Source of the DNA: an uncultured Gemmatimonadaceae bacterium
GTDB taxonomy: Bacteria > Gemmatimonadota > Gemmatimonadetes > Gemmatimonadales > Gemmatimonadaceae
DNA length: 64,000 nucleotides
Reading direction: 5' to 3'
Assembly: GCA_963761305.1 (NCBI GenBank)
Contig: CAVXGK010000001.1
Coordinates: 1,536,001-1,600,000, forward strand
Each line of letters opens with the position of its first letter. The stretch's first letter is position 1. The notes under the pieces are model-generated. The model worked only from the letters and a program-made list of their open reading frames with translations. It made no database searches and was not told where the DNA came from. Made by a program: the position numbers and the translations under genes. Positions 8,714-16,594 of the stretch are shown here, one piece after another.

Positions 8714-10744
8714 ATGTTGGTTGGTCGTTCTCGGGCAGTTCTCGTGTTGGCGGCCGGCCTTTGGGGGGCGGCTTGTGGCGGGTCGGACTCCACGGGCACC
8801 ACTAGCACGACCACCCCGTCCGGTCTGACGATCGTCAGCGGAAACGGGCAGGTCGGGCTGATTGGGACGGCGCTCGCCCAACCGCTGGTGGTAAAGGTGA
8901 CGGGTGCAACGGGCGCTCCACTCTCCGGCATCGCGGTGCAATTCAGCGTCGCGAGCGGCTCGGCGACAGTCTTGCCGTCGACGGCGGCGACTGACGTCAC
9001 GGGCCAGGCCAAGGCCGTGGTGACGCTGGGCACGTCGGCCGGAAACGTCTCGGTTCTCGCGGCGGTGGTCGGCACGAACCTCGCGGCGTCATTCGTCGTG
9101 ACCGCGGGGACCACATCGCAGACCCTCGCGTGCACGAGCAACGCCGCCCAGACGCCGGCGGTCGGAGGAGTTCTGCCAGGCATCAGCGGGACCGGCATTT
9201 GTCTGGGTGCGGGCGCCGGAGGGTCGGACTACGCGCTCGTTGCCTTCTTCGGCAATCCTGATCCGAGCATTCTCGGCCAGGTGAATGTCACGGCGAGCGG
9301 GGCGACGGCGTTGTCGACGCCCGACGTGGCGCCGCTAGCCAACGTCTTCGCCACGGCGCCAAAGCCGGGCTTCTCGATGCGGACGTCAGACGTGCAGGAG
9401 CAATTCGACCTCAAGCTCCGCCGCATCGCGCAGAAGGAGCTCGCTCCGCTCGTGCCCGGCGCGCGCGCCGCCATGCGCAGCCATGCGCTGTTCAACGCGA
9501 TTCCGAGTTCGCTCACGGTGGGGCAGATCGTCACGCTTAACGCCAACGGGACGGATGGCTGCACGAACGCGATCAACGTCGGCGCGCGCGTCGTGACGAT
9601 CTCGAATACGACGTATATCCTGGCCGACACGGCCAACCCGACCGGCGGATTCGCCGACTCGGACTACGCAGCGTTCGCGACGATGTTCGACACGCTGATC
9701 AATCCGCTGGACGTGCAGACCTTCGGGCAACCGACCGACATCGATCACAACGGCAAGGTCGTCATCCTCTTCACGAAAGAGGTGAACAAGCTCACGCCGC
9801 GCGGATCGAACGGCGTGGTGGGCGGTTTTTTCTTCGACCGCGACTTGTTCCCGACGACGTCCAACGCCGAGTTCGAAGGATGTCCGACGAGCAACGTCGG
9901 CGAGATGTTCTACGTGCTGGTGCCCGACCCCAACGCCGTGTTCAGCGACAAGCGCACGGCGTCGGACGTGCTCTCACTCACGCCGGGCACGCTCGCGCAC
10001 GAGTATCAGCACCTGATCAACGCCGGCCGGCGCCTCTACGTGAACACGACCGCCGACTACCCGGAAGTCGTGTGGCTCAACGAAGGACTTAGCCATATCG
10101 CCGAAGAGCTGTTGTTCTACAAGGCGACGCAACTCGCGCCGCGGCAGAACATCGACTTGAACGCGGCGCGCAATGTGTCGGCGCAGTTCTCTCAGTACCA
10201 GGGGAGCAACTTCGGACGCTTCAACGAATTCATCACGAATCCGCCGCAGACGTCGCCGTACGCCGACAACGACGACCTGAACACGCGAGGCGCGACGTGG
10301 TACCTGCTTCGCTATCTCGCGGATCATCATGGCACGAGCGACGGCCAGACGTTTTTCCAGCTGACCAACGGCCCGGACACCGGCCAGGTCAATCTGTCGC
10401 ACGTCTTCGGCCCCGATTATCTGACGCAAATCCGCGACTGGGCCACGGCGGTATTCAGCGACGACGTCCCCGGCGTGACCGACGCGCGATTCCTGGCGCC
10501 GAGCTGGAACATGCGCAGCATCTTCCCGGGACTGGCGAACAGCAGCGGCGGAGCGTTGGGCAAGTACCCGCTCGCGGTCGTTCCGCTGTCCGACGCGACT
10601 CCCGCGAGTCTCCTCGTGAACGCGGGCGGCGTGGCGTATCTGCGGTTCACGGTTCCGACGGGAAGTCAGGCGTCGATCGACTGGACGTCATCCGGGTTGC
10701 CGGTGAGTCCGTTCTTCCAGTTCACCATCGTTAGAACTCGCTAA
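8714..10744 (+). CDS. Lipoprotein with an Ig-like domain and a zinc metallopeptidase domain (M30-like)
   Basis: ATG at 8714 after GGAGGGG. Lipobox GAAC. SGNGQ...PLVVKV Ig-like segment. TDIDHNGKV, HEYQH and WLNEGLSH (gluzincin pattern). Confidence 0.75.
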   Translation: MLVGRSRAVLVLAAGLWGAACGGSDSTGTTSTTTPSGLTIVSGNGQVGLIGTALAQPLVVKVTGATGAPLSGIAVQFSVASGSATVLPSTAATDVTGQAKAVVTLGTSAGNVSVLAAVVGTNLAASFVVTAGTTSQTLACTSNAAQTPAVGGVLPGISGTGICLGAGAGGSDYALVAFFGNPDPSILGQVNVTASGATALSTPDVAPLANVFATAPKPGFSMRTSDVQEQFDLKLRRIAQKELAPLVPGARAAMRSHALFNAIPSSLTVGQIVTLNANGTDGCTNAINVGARVVTISNTTYILADTANPTGGFADSDYAAFATMFDTLINPLDVQTFGQPTDIDHNGKVVILFTKEVNKLTPRGSNGVVGGFFFDRDLFPTTSNAEFEGCPTSNVGEMFYVLVPDPNAVFSDKRTASDVLSLTPGTLAHEYQHLINAGRRLYVNTTADYPEVVWLNEGLSHIAEELLFYKATQLAPRQNIDLNAARNVSAQFSQYQGSNFGRFNEFITNPPQTSPYADNDDLNTRGATWYLLRYLADHHGTSDGQTFFQLTNGPDTGQVNLSHVFGPDYLTQIRDWATAVFSDDVPGVTDARFLAPSWNMRSIFPGLANSSGGALGKYPLAVVPLSDATPASLLVNAGGVAYLRFTVPTGSQASIDWTSSGLPVSPFFQFTIVRTR

Positions 10745-10771
10745 CGCCGCCCGACAGGATTCAACGATGAA

Positions 10772-10802
10772 AACGGGGCGCCACAGTGAGTGGCGCCCCG
10801 TT
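10772..10802 (-). terminator. Intrinsic terminator hairpin between convergent genes
   Basis: Perfect 13-bp inverted repeat AACGGGGCGCCAC-agtga-GTGGCGCCCCGTT, with a T-run on the minus strand. Confidence 0.75.
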
Positions 10803-10825
10803 CGGCATTCAGACTCGCGGCTTGG

Positions 10826-11449
10826 TCAGGCCTTCTCGCGCGCCGGCTCGCCCGCCAGACTCGGTTCGCTCGCCAGCACCGCGCGCGCGATGTCGACCAT
10901 CGGCACCGACCGGTCCTGACTCGTGCGTTGCAGGATGCGATACGCCTCCTGCTCCGACGAACCCGTGCGCCGCATGAGAATTCCTTTCGCGCGCTCGATC
11001 GTCTTGCGATTCTCCAGCGCCTGTCGCGCCGACTCGGCGTCGTGCCGCGCCGACGCGAGCTCCTTGGCGCGCGTGGCGGCGAGACGAATCGTCGAGTCGA
11101 GCACCTTCGGCGGTGCCGGCTTCGGCAGGAACGCGATCGCCGCCGTCGACGTCACCTCGCGATCGCTCAGCGTCAACGTGTGATCGCCGCTGAACAACAC
11201 GACGGCGATGCCGGGAATCGCTTGCGTGATCGCCTCGGCGGCTTCGATGCCGGAACCGTCGGGCATGTGCACGTCGAGCAGCACCACGTCCGGTGCGACG
11301 TCCTTCGAGCGTTCAAAAGCCTCGCGGCCAGTCGACACCTCGGCGACGACGGTGTGACCGAGCGTGCTGAGAAGGTCGGTGAGGAGCGAGCGGGCGTTGT
11401 CGTCGTCTTCAGCAACGAGCAACCGGATTCGCGGAGCGGCGTCTGTCAT
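10826..11449 (-). CDS. Response regulator with receiver and ANTAR RNA-binding domains
   Basis: LVAEDD, LLDVHMP and FLPKP receiver motifs. RKTIERAKGILM...EQEAYRILQRTS ANTAR signature. Confidence 0.92.
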   Translation of the reverse strand: MTDAAPRIRLLVAEDDDNARSLLTDLLSTLGHTVVAEVSTGREAFERSKDVAPDVVLLDVHMPDGSGIEAAEAITQAIPGIAVVLFSGDHTLTLSDREVTSTAAIAFLPKPAPPKVLDSTIRLAATRAKELASARHDAESARQALENRKTIERAKGILMRRTGSSEQEAYRILQRTSQDRSVPMVDIARAVLASEPSLAGEPAREKA

Positions 11450-11501
11450 CGGAAGCAATTTGGGGACGCGTCAGAGGTGGCGCCAGCGGCGAACGGGGCT
11501 G

Positions 11502-13520
11502 TCAGCTCTCGGCAGCCACGTGCGCGAGCAATTCGGATGTTCTAACGGGCTTGCGCAAAATGAAATCTCCGTCGTTGCCGCCGCCGACACCGCTCGGTTC
11601 CCAGCCGGTCACGACTCCGATTCGAATCGACGGCCACCGTTCACGGACGGCGGCGATGAGCTCCCAGCCGCTTCCATCCGACAATCCGATGTCCGTCACC
11701 AGTACCTCGTAATTCGCGTCCGAATGCTCGAGCCGCCGCAGTGCCTCACCGACGCCCGCCGCCGCGTCCACGCGATGTCCGTCGGACTCGAGCAGCGCCT
11801 GCATGAACTCGCGACTGTCGATGTGATCTTCGACCAGTAACACGCGGCGCGGCGTCCGTCTTCGGACGTCAACAGCCGAGCCCGCCGGCGACGTAGCCAT
11901 CTGCGACGACGCGACCGGGAAGATCAGACGGATGGTCGTTCCCTTCCCCAACTCGGACGAGATCTCGGCACGCCCGCGATGGCGTTTCACGATGCCGTAC
12001 ACTTCGGCGAGCCCCAGTCCGGTGCCCGCGCGCCCTTTCGTCGTGAAGAACGGCTCGAACGCGCGTTCGCGAACCTCCGCCGTCATGCCGGTCCCCGAGT
12101 CGCTCACCTCGAGCCGCGCCTCGGCGTTCTCGAGCGCCGTACGAAGCCCGAGCGTGCCGCCGTGCGGCATGGCGTCGAGCGAATTCTGCACGAGGTTGAG
12201 CAGCGCCTCGCGGATCTCGCCGCCGAGTCCGCGGATGACCGCGCCGCGTCCGAGCTCGCGCTGCAGCTTGACCGTGCCGCCGCGGGCGCGTTCCGCCCAC
12301 AAGGGCCGCGTCATCGCCACGACCTCGTCGCAGACGAGCGAGAGATCCACGACTTCCTCACGGCCCGGTTGCAGCGGCTCCTGCCGAATGAACCGGCCGA
12401 CGCGCGCCGCGGTCGCCGCGCCGGTCTCCGCCGCCTTGGCGATGCGCACCGCATAGTCGCGCACGGCAGCGGGGTTGTCCGCGTTCGTTTCGAGCAGATA
12501 CGCGGCCGCCATGATCGGATTGAGCGCATTGTTCACGTCGTGCATCACGCCGGCGGCGAGTTGGCCGACGGCGGCGAGCCGGCGCTCGCGCGCGCGCGCT
12601 TCCTGGAGCGCGAGCAGCTCGGCGGTGCGCTCCTGCACCATGCGCTCGAGCCGCTCGGCTTCCGTCGAGACGCGCTCGAACAGCTCGGCCGTGCGTCGCG
12701 CTTCTTCCTCGAGGGCCTTGGCGAGCTGCGTCTTGGCGGTGACGTCGCGCTCCACGGTGACAGCGCCGCGAATCTTTCCCTGCTCGTCGTAGAGCGGATT
12801 CGAGTTGACCTCGATGATCACCGACGCGCCCTCGACGCCGCGACGCACCGACAGCGTCTCGCCGCGCACGCGTTCGCCGCGCAGCGCTCGCGCCGTCGGA
12901 TGCTCGTGCATGAAGAGACTCGTGCCCTGCATGGTGCGCGGGCGGTCGAGCTGCCACACCTCGCGAAGCGTGGACGGCTGCATTCCGCCGTCCGCGTGGT
13001 CCTGCAGCGCCTGCGTATTCGACCGCACCGTGCGGCCGTCGATGTCCACGACGCGCACCGAGTCCGGAATGACGTCGAAGATCGACTCCAGCTGCGCGAC
13101 GCTGCGCCCCAACGTGCCGCGCAGCTCTTCGCGTTCGCTGACGTCGGTTCCCGCGAACAGAATCGAGCGGCTGCCGGCGTCCTCGCCGATCGCGGTGAAC
13201 GTCGTCTCGATCAGCCGCCGCCCGCTGCGATAGTGAAACGGCACTCGCTCGGCGGCGCGCCCGGTCACGCCTCGAACGGCGGCGTCGATTTGCTCCGTGA
13301 GGTCGGCGAGCGCGTTGGGAAACGCGTCGTAGATCGACAGACGGGTGGATGCGGGTGCATCGACCCCGGTGAGCTCGCGATAGCGCGTGTTCGCGCTCAA
13401 CAGACGAAGCTCGCCGTCGAAGATCGCGATCGACAGCGGAATCGCCTCGAACAACGCCTCGAATCGCACACCGGTCAGCCCGATGTGCGCAAACTCGACG
13501 CCGGTCGATTGCTCCGTCAT
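11502..13520 (-). CDS. Cytoplasmic PAS-PAS hybrid histidine kinase with a C-terminal receiver
   Basis: GVMHDVNN H-box, NLVQNS, DSGTG, FFTTK, GTGLGL and receiver motifs LLVED/TDIGL/LRKP. No TM segments. Confidence 0.92.
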   Translation of the reverse strand: MTEQSTGVEFAHIGLTGVRFEALFEAIPLSIAIFDGELRLLSANTRYRELTGVDAPASTRLSIYDAFPNALADLTEQIDAAVRGVTGRAAERVPFHYRSGRRLIETTFTAIGEDAGSRSILFAGTDVSEREELRGTLGRSVAQLESIFDVIPDSVRVVDIDGRTVRSNTQALQDHADGGMQPSTLREVWQLDRPRTMQGTSLFMHEHPTARALRGERVRGETLSVRRGVEGASVIIEVNSNPLYDEQGKIRGAVTVERDVTAKTQLAKALEEEARRTAELFERVSTEAERLERMVQERTAELLALQEARARERRLAAVGQLAAGVMHDVNNALNPIMAAAYLLETNADNPAAVRDYAVRIAKAAETGAATAARVGRFIRQEPLQPGREEVVDLSLVCDEVVAMTRPLWAERARGGTVKLQRELGRGAVIRGLGGEIREALLNLVQNSLDAMPHGGTLGLRTALENAEARLEVSDSGTGMTAEVRERAFEPFFTTKGRAGTGLGLAEVYGIVKRHRGRAEISSELGKGTTIRLIFPVASSQMATSPAGSAVDVRRRTPRRVLLVEDHIDSREFMQALLESDGHRVDAAAGVGEALRRLEHSDANYEVLVTDIGLSDGSGWELIAAVRERWPSIRIGVVTGWEPSGVGGGNDGDFILRKPVRTSELLAHVAAES

Positions 13521-13535
13521 CGAACTGCCGCCCCG

Positions 13536-14774
13536 TCAGTCATGCGAAATGAGACGCGCGCCGCGTTGATACGTGAAGAAGGAATACGCCCACTCCAGCA
13601 GGACGACCGCCCGGTTGCGGAATCCGGCCAGATACATGATGTGCACGAAAAGCCATGTCCACCACGCCAGCCAACCCCTCAAATGCTTGCCAGCGACGAC
13701 CCCGACCGCCTTGTACCGCCCGATCGTGGCCAGCTCGCCCTTGTTGACGTACCGAAAGCGCTCCCGCCCCTCGCGCCGAATGGTGTGGAGGACGTTGCGC
13801 GCCGCCGCCTTTCCGCTCTGGATTGCGGCCGGGGCGATGGCCGGCACCGGCCGCCCCTTGGTGTGCAGTACAGCCAAATCACCCACGACGAACACGTCGG
13901 GCAAGCCGGGGACGCTCAAGTCGTCCGCCACCTGGACTCGTCCCATCCGGTCCATCGGCGCGCCGAGCGACTTGCCGAGCGGCGAGGCGGCATTGCCCGC
14001 GGCCCAGAAAATCGTTCGCGCCTCGATTCGCTCCCCTTCCGCCTCCACCCAGCCGTCGCCGACGTTCGTGACGCGCACACTTGTGCGCACCTCGACGCCG
14101 AGCTCGATCAGGTCGCGGCGTGCCCGTTCTCCGAGGTCCTCGGGCATATAGGGCAGGAGCCGCGGTCCCGCCTCGAGCAACAGTACGCGCGCGGTGGCCG
14201 TGTCGATGTGACGGAAGTCTCTTGGCAGCGCGAACTTCGAGATCGTGGGCAGCATGCCCGCCAGTTCGACGCCGGTCGGCCCGCCCCCCACGATGACGAA
14301 CGTGAGTTGGGCGCTTCGTTCGGCTTCATCGGTCGTCCGGTCGGCCCGCTCGAACGCGAGCAGCCACCGGCGCCGCAGCTCGATCGCGTCGGTGGCGCTC
14401 TTGAGGCCCGGCGCGAACCGCTCCCACTCCGGATGGCCGAAATACGAATGGCTGGCCCCGGCGGCGACGATGAGGTAGTCGTACTCGAGATCCTGACCGT
14501 CGTCGCAGTGCACGATTCGGCGCGCCGGGTCGATCGATTCGACTTCGCCGAGGATGATGTCCGTGTTGCGCTGCTTGTGCAGGAGCCAGCGAATCGGCGT
14601 GCAGATGTCGGTCGGCGCGAGCGTTGCCGTCGCGACCTGATAGAGCAGCGGCTGAAAGACGTGGTGATTCGTGCGGTCGATGATGGTGACGTCGACGGAC
14701 GCGTCCTTGAACGTCCGCGCGGCATACAGGCCGCCGAATCCGGCGCCGATGATGACGACGCGCGGGCGAGTCAT
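13536..14774 (-). CDS. ndh: Type II NADH dehydrogenase family FAD oxidoreductase
   Basis: GAGFGG, FQPLLYQVAT, GGGPTGVELAG, WAAG and VFVVGD motifs. Confidence 0.88.
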   Translation of the reverse strand: MTRPRVVIIGAGFGGLYAARTFKDASVDVTIIDRTNHHVFQPLLYQVATATLAPTDICTPIRWLLHKQRNTDIILGEVESIDPARRIVHCDDGQDLEYDYLIVAAGASHSYFGHPEWERFAPGLKSATDAIELRRRWLLAFERADRTTDEAERSAQLTFVIVGGGPTGVELAGMLPTISKFALPRDFRHIDTATARVLLLEAGPRLLPYMPEDLGERARRDLIELGVEVRTSVRVTNVGDGWVEAEGERIEARTIFWAAGNAASPLGKSLGAPMDRMGRVQVADDLSVPGLPDVFVVGDLAVLHTKGRPVPAIAPAAIQSGKAAARNVLHTIRREGRERFRYVNKGELATIGRYKAVGVVAGKHLRGWLAWWTWLFVHIMYLAGFRNRAVVLLEWAYSFFTYQRGARLISHD

Positions 14775-14778
14775 CGGC

Positions 14779-16386
14779 TCAGCGCGATTCGGGAACCGGC
14801 GGGCGCTCCGGTTCGGAACCGAACACGCTCAGGACGAGCCCCACGGCGAGCACGACGACGACGGCGATCAGGTTGTGCCAGAGGAACGACACGGCCGGCG
14901 CTCGGAAATTCACGAGACTCACCGCCGCGAGTCCGGTGATCATTCCGACGAACGCGCCGAACGCCGTGGCGCGCGGAATCATCGCCAGCAAGAAGACGCC
15001 GAGAATCGACCCATAGAAGAACGATCCGAACCGGTTCACGACCTCGATGAGCGATCCGAGGTTGACGGCGTAGTGCGCTACGATGCACGCGAATATCCCC
15101 CAGAATACGATCGACGCGCGCGACACGACCATATAGTGGGCGTCGGTCGCCTCGGGCTTGATCCATCGTCGATAGATGTCGATGACCGACGCGCTCGACA
15201 ACGACGTGAGCTCGCCGGAGATGGCGTTCATCGCCGCGGCGATGACGGCGGCGATGAAGATCCCCGCCAACCCGAGCGGGAGATGATCGACGACGAAGCG
15301 CGGGATGATGTAGTTGGCGTCGCTGCCCGACGTGTGCGTCAATCCGCGCGCGTACTCGAGCGCCTGGCCCCGCAGCGCCTCGCGGAGAAGCGGTGAGCTC
15401 GCCGTGTCGTAGCGCGCCTGGAGGTCGGCGAGAAACTGCGGGAACGCCGCGCGCATGGCGCGCTCGTGCTCCGGATTGAAGAGGATCGGACCCGTGTGGT
15501 ACTGGTAGTACACGAACACGAGCACGCCGACCAGCAGCACGAGCGCCTGGAGAGGAATCTTCCAGTAGGCGCTCATGAGAAGCGACGATCGCGCTTCGTC
15601 CACCGACTTGGCGGCGAGGTATCGCTGCACCTGGCTCTGGTCCGTTCCGAAGTACGAGAGCATGAGGAACGTGCCGCCGATCATCCCCGACCAGAACGTG
15701 TACGTGTTGGTGAGACTGAACGAGAAATCGAACACGCGCAGGTGGCCCGCCGCGCCGGCGACATGCAGCGCCGCCGATGGCGACACCGGAATCTTGATCA
15801 GCAGCGTGATGACGACCGCGAGCAGCGCGCCGACGATGAGGAACATCTGCTTGACGTCCACCCACGTCACCGCCTGCACGCCGCCGACCATCGCGTAGAG
15901 CACGGCCGGCACACCGATCAGCGCCACGCACCACCAGAGATTCCATCCGAAGATCGTCGAGAAGACGACCGCCGGCGCCGCGATGATCGTGCCGCACGAC
16001 ATGCCGCGCGACAACAAAAAGAGAAAAGCCGTCAGCGAGCGCGTGCGCGCGTCGAAGCGCCGCTCAAGGTACTCGTAGGCGGTGTACACGCCGGCGTTCT
16101 TGAGCAGCGGCACGAGCGTCACGCCCAGGATCACCATCGCCAGCGGCAATCCGAAGTAGAACTGGATGAACCGCATGCCGTCGGTCGCGCCCTGCCCCGT
16201 GGTGCCGATCATCGTCACGGCCGAGAGCTGCGTCGCCATCACCGACAACCCGACGGCCCACCACGGCAGGCTGCGGTGGGCGAGGAAGTAGCCGTCCATC
16301 TCGGACGTGCCTGTCGAGCGGCGCAGCCCCGTGGCCACCACGTAGGCCAGCCACGCCACCACGATCACCCAATTCAGTGGATTCAT
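14779..16386 (-). CDS. Sodium:solute symporter family (SSS)
   Basis: YFLAHRSLPWW, TAYEYLERRF and GTDQSQVQRYL motifs. Multiple TM segments. Confidence 0.92.
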   Translation of the reverse strand: MNPLNWVIVVAWLAYVVATGLRRSTGTSEMDGYFLAHRSLPWWAVGLSVMATQLSAVTMIGTTGQGATDGMRFIQFYFGLPLAMVILGVTLVPLLKNAGVYTAYEYLERRFDARTRSLTAFLFLLSRGMSCGTIIAAPAVVFSTIFGWNLWWCVALIGVPAVLYAMVGGVQAVTWVDVKQMFLIVGALLAVVITLLIKIPVSPSAALHVAGAAGHLRVFDFSFSLTNTYTFWSGMIGGTFLMLSYFGTDQSQVQRYLAAKSVDEARSSLLMSAYWKIPLQALVLLVGVLVFVYYQYHTGPILFNPEHERAMRAAFPQFLADLQARYDTASSPLLREALRGQALEYARGLTHTSGSDANYIIPRFVVDHLPLGLAGIFIAAVIAAAMNAISGELTSLSSASVIDIYRRWIKPEATDAHYMVVSRASIVFWGIFACIVAHYAVNLGSLIEVVNRFGSFFYGSILGVFLLAMIPRATAFGAFVGMITGLAAVSLVNFRAPAVSFLWHNLIAVVVVLAVGLVLSVFGSEPERPPVPESR

Positions 16387-16432
16387 TCAGGGCGAAAGCG
16401 CAGAGGAAGACGTCGCCGCCGAACGCGCGGCG

Positions 16433-16594
16433 TCAGTGCGAGAAGTGCGACTGCAGCAGCCAGAGCAGCACGAGCGTGACGACTTGAACTGCGAGCACGC
16501 GGACGAGCGTCTTGCCGAATTGCCCGCTCGCGCCCGTCGCCGCGGGCTGGCGAGTCTGGCGTTGCGCGCCGCGCGATTCCTTCGGCGGACTCAT
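16433..16594 (-). CDS. Small single-TM membrane protein (53 aa), not in the ORF track
   Basis: MSPPKESRGAQRQTRQPAATGASGQFGKTLVRVLAVQVVTLVLLWLLQSHFSH*. ATGA overlap with the PIG-L stop. Fills the gap before the SSS gene. Confidence 0.75.
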   Translation of the reverse strand: MSPPKESRGAQRQTRQPAATGASGQFGKTLVRVLAVQVVTLVLLWLLQSHFSH

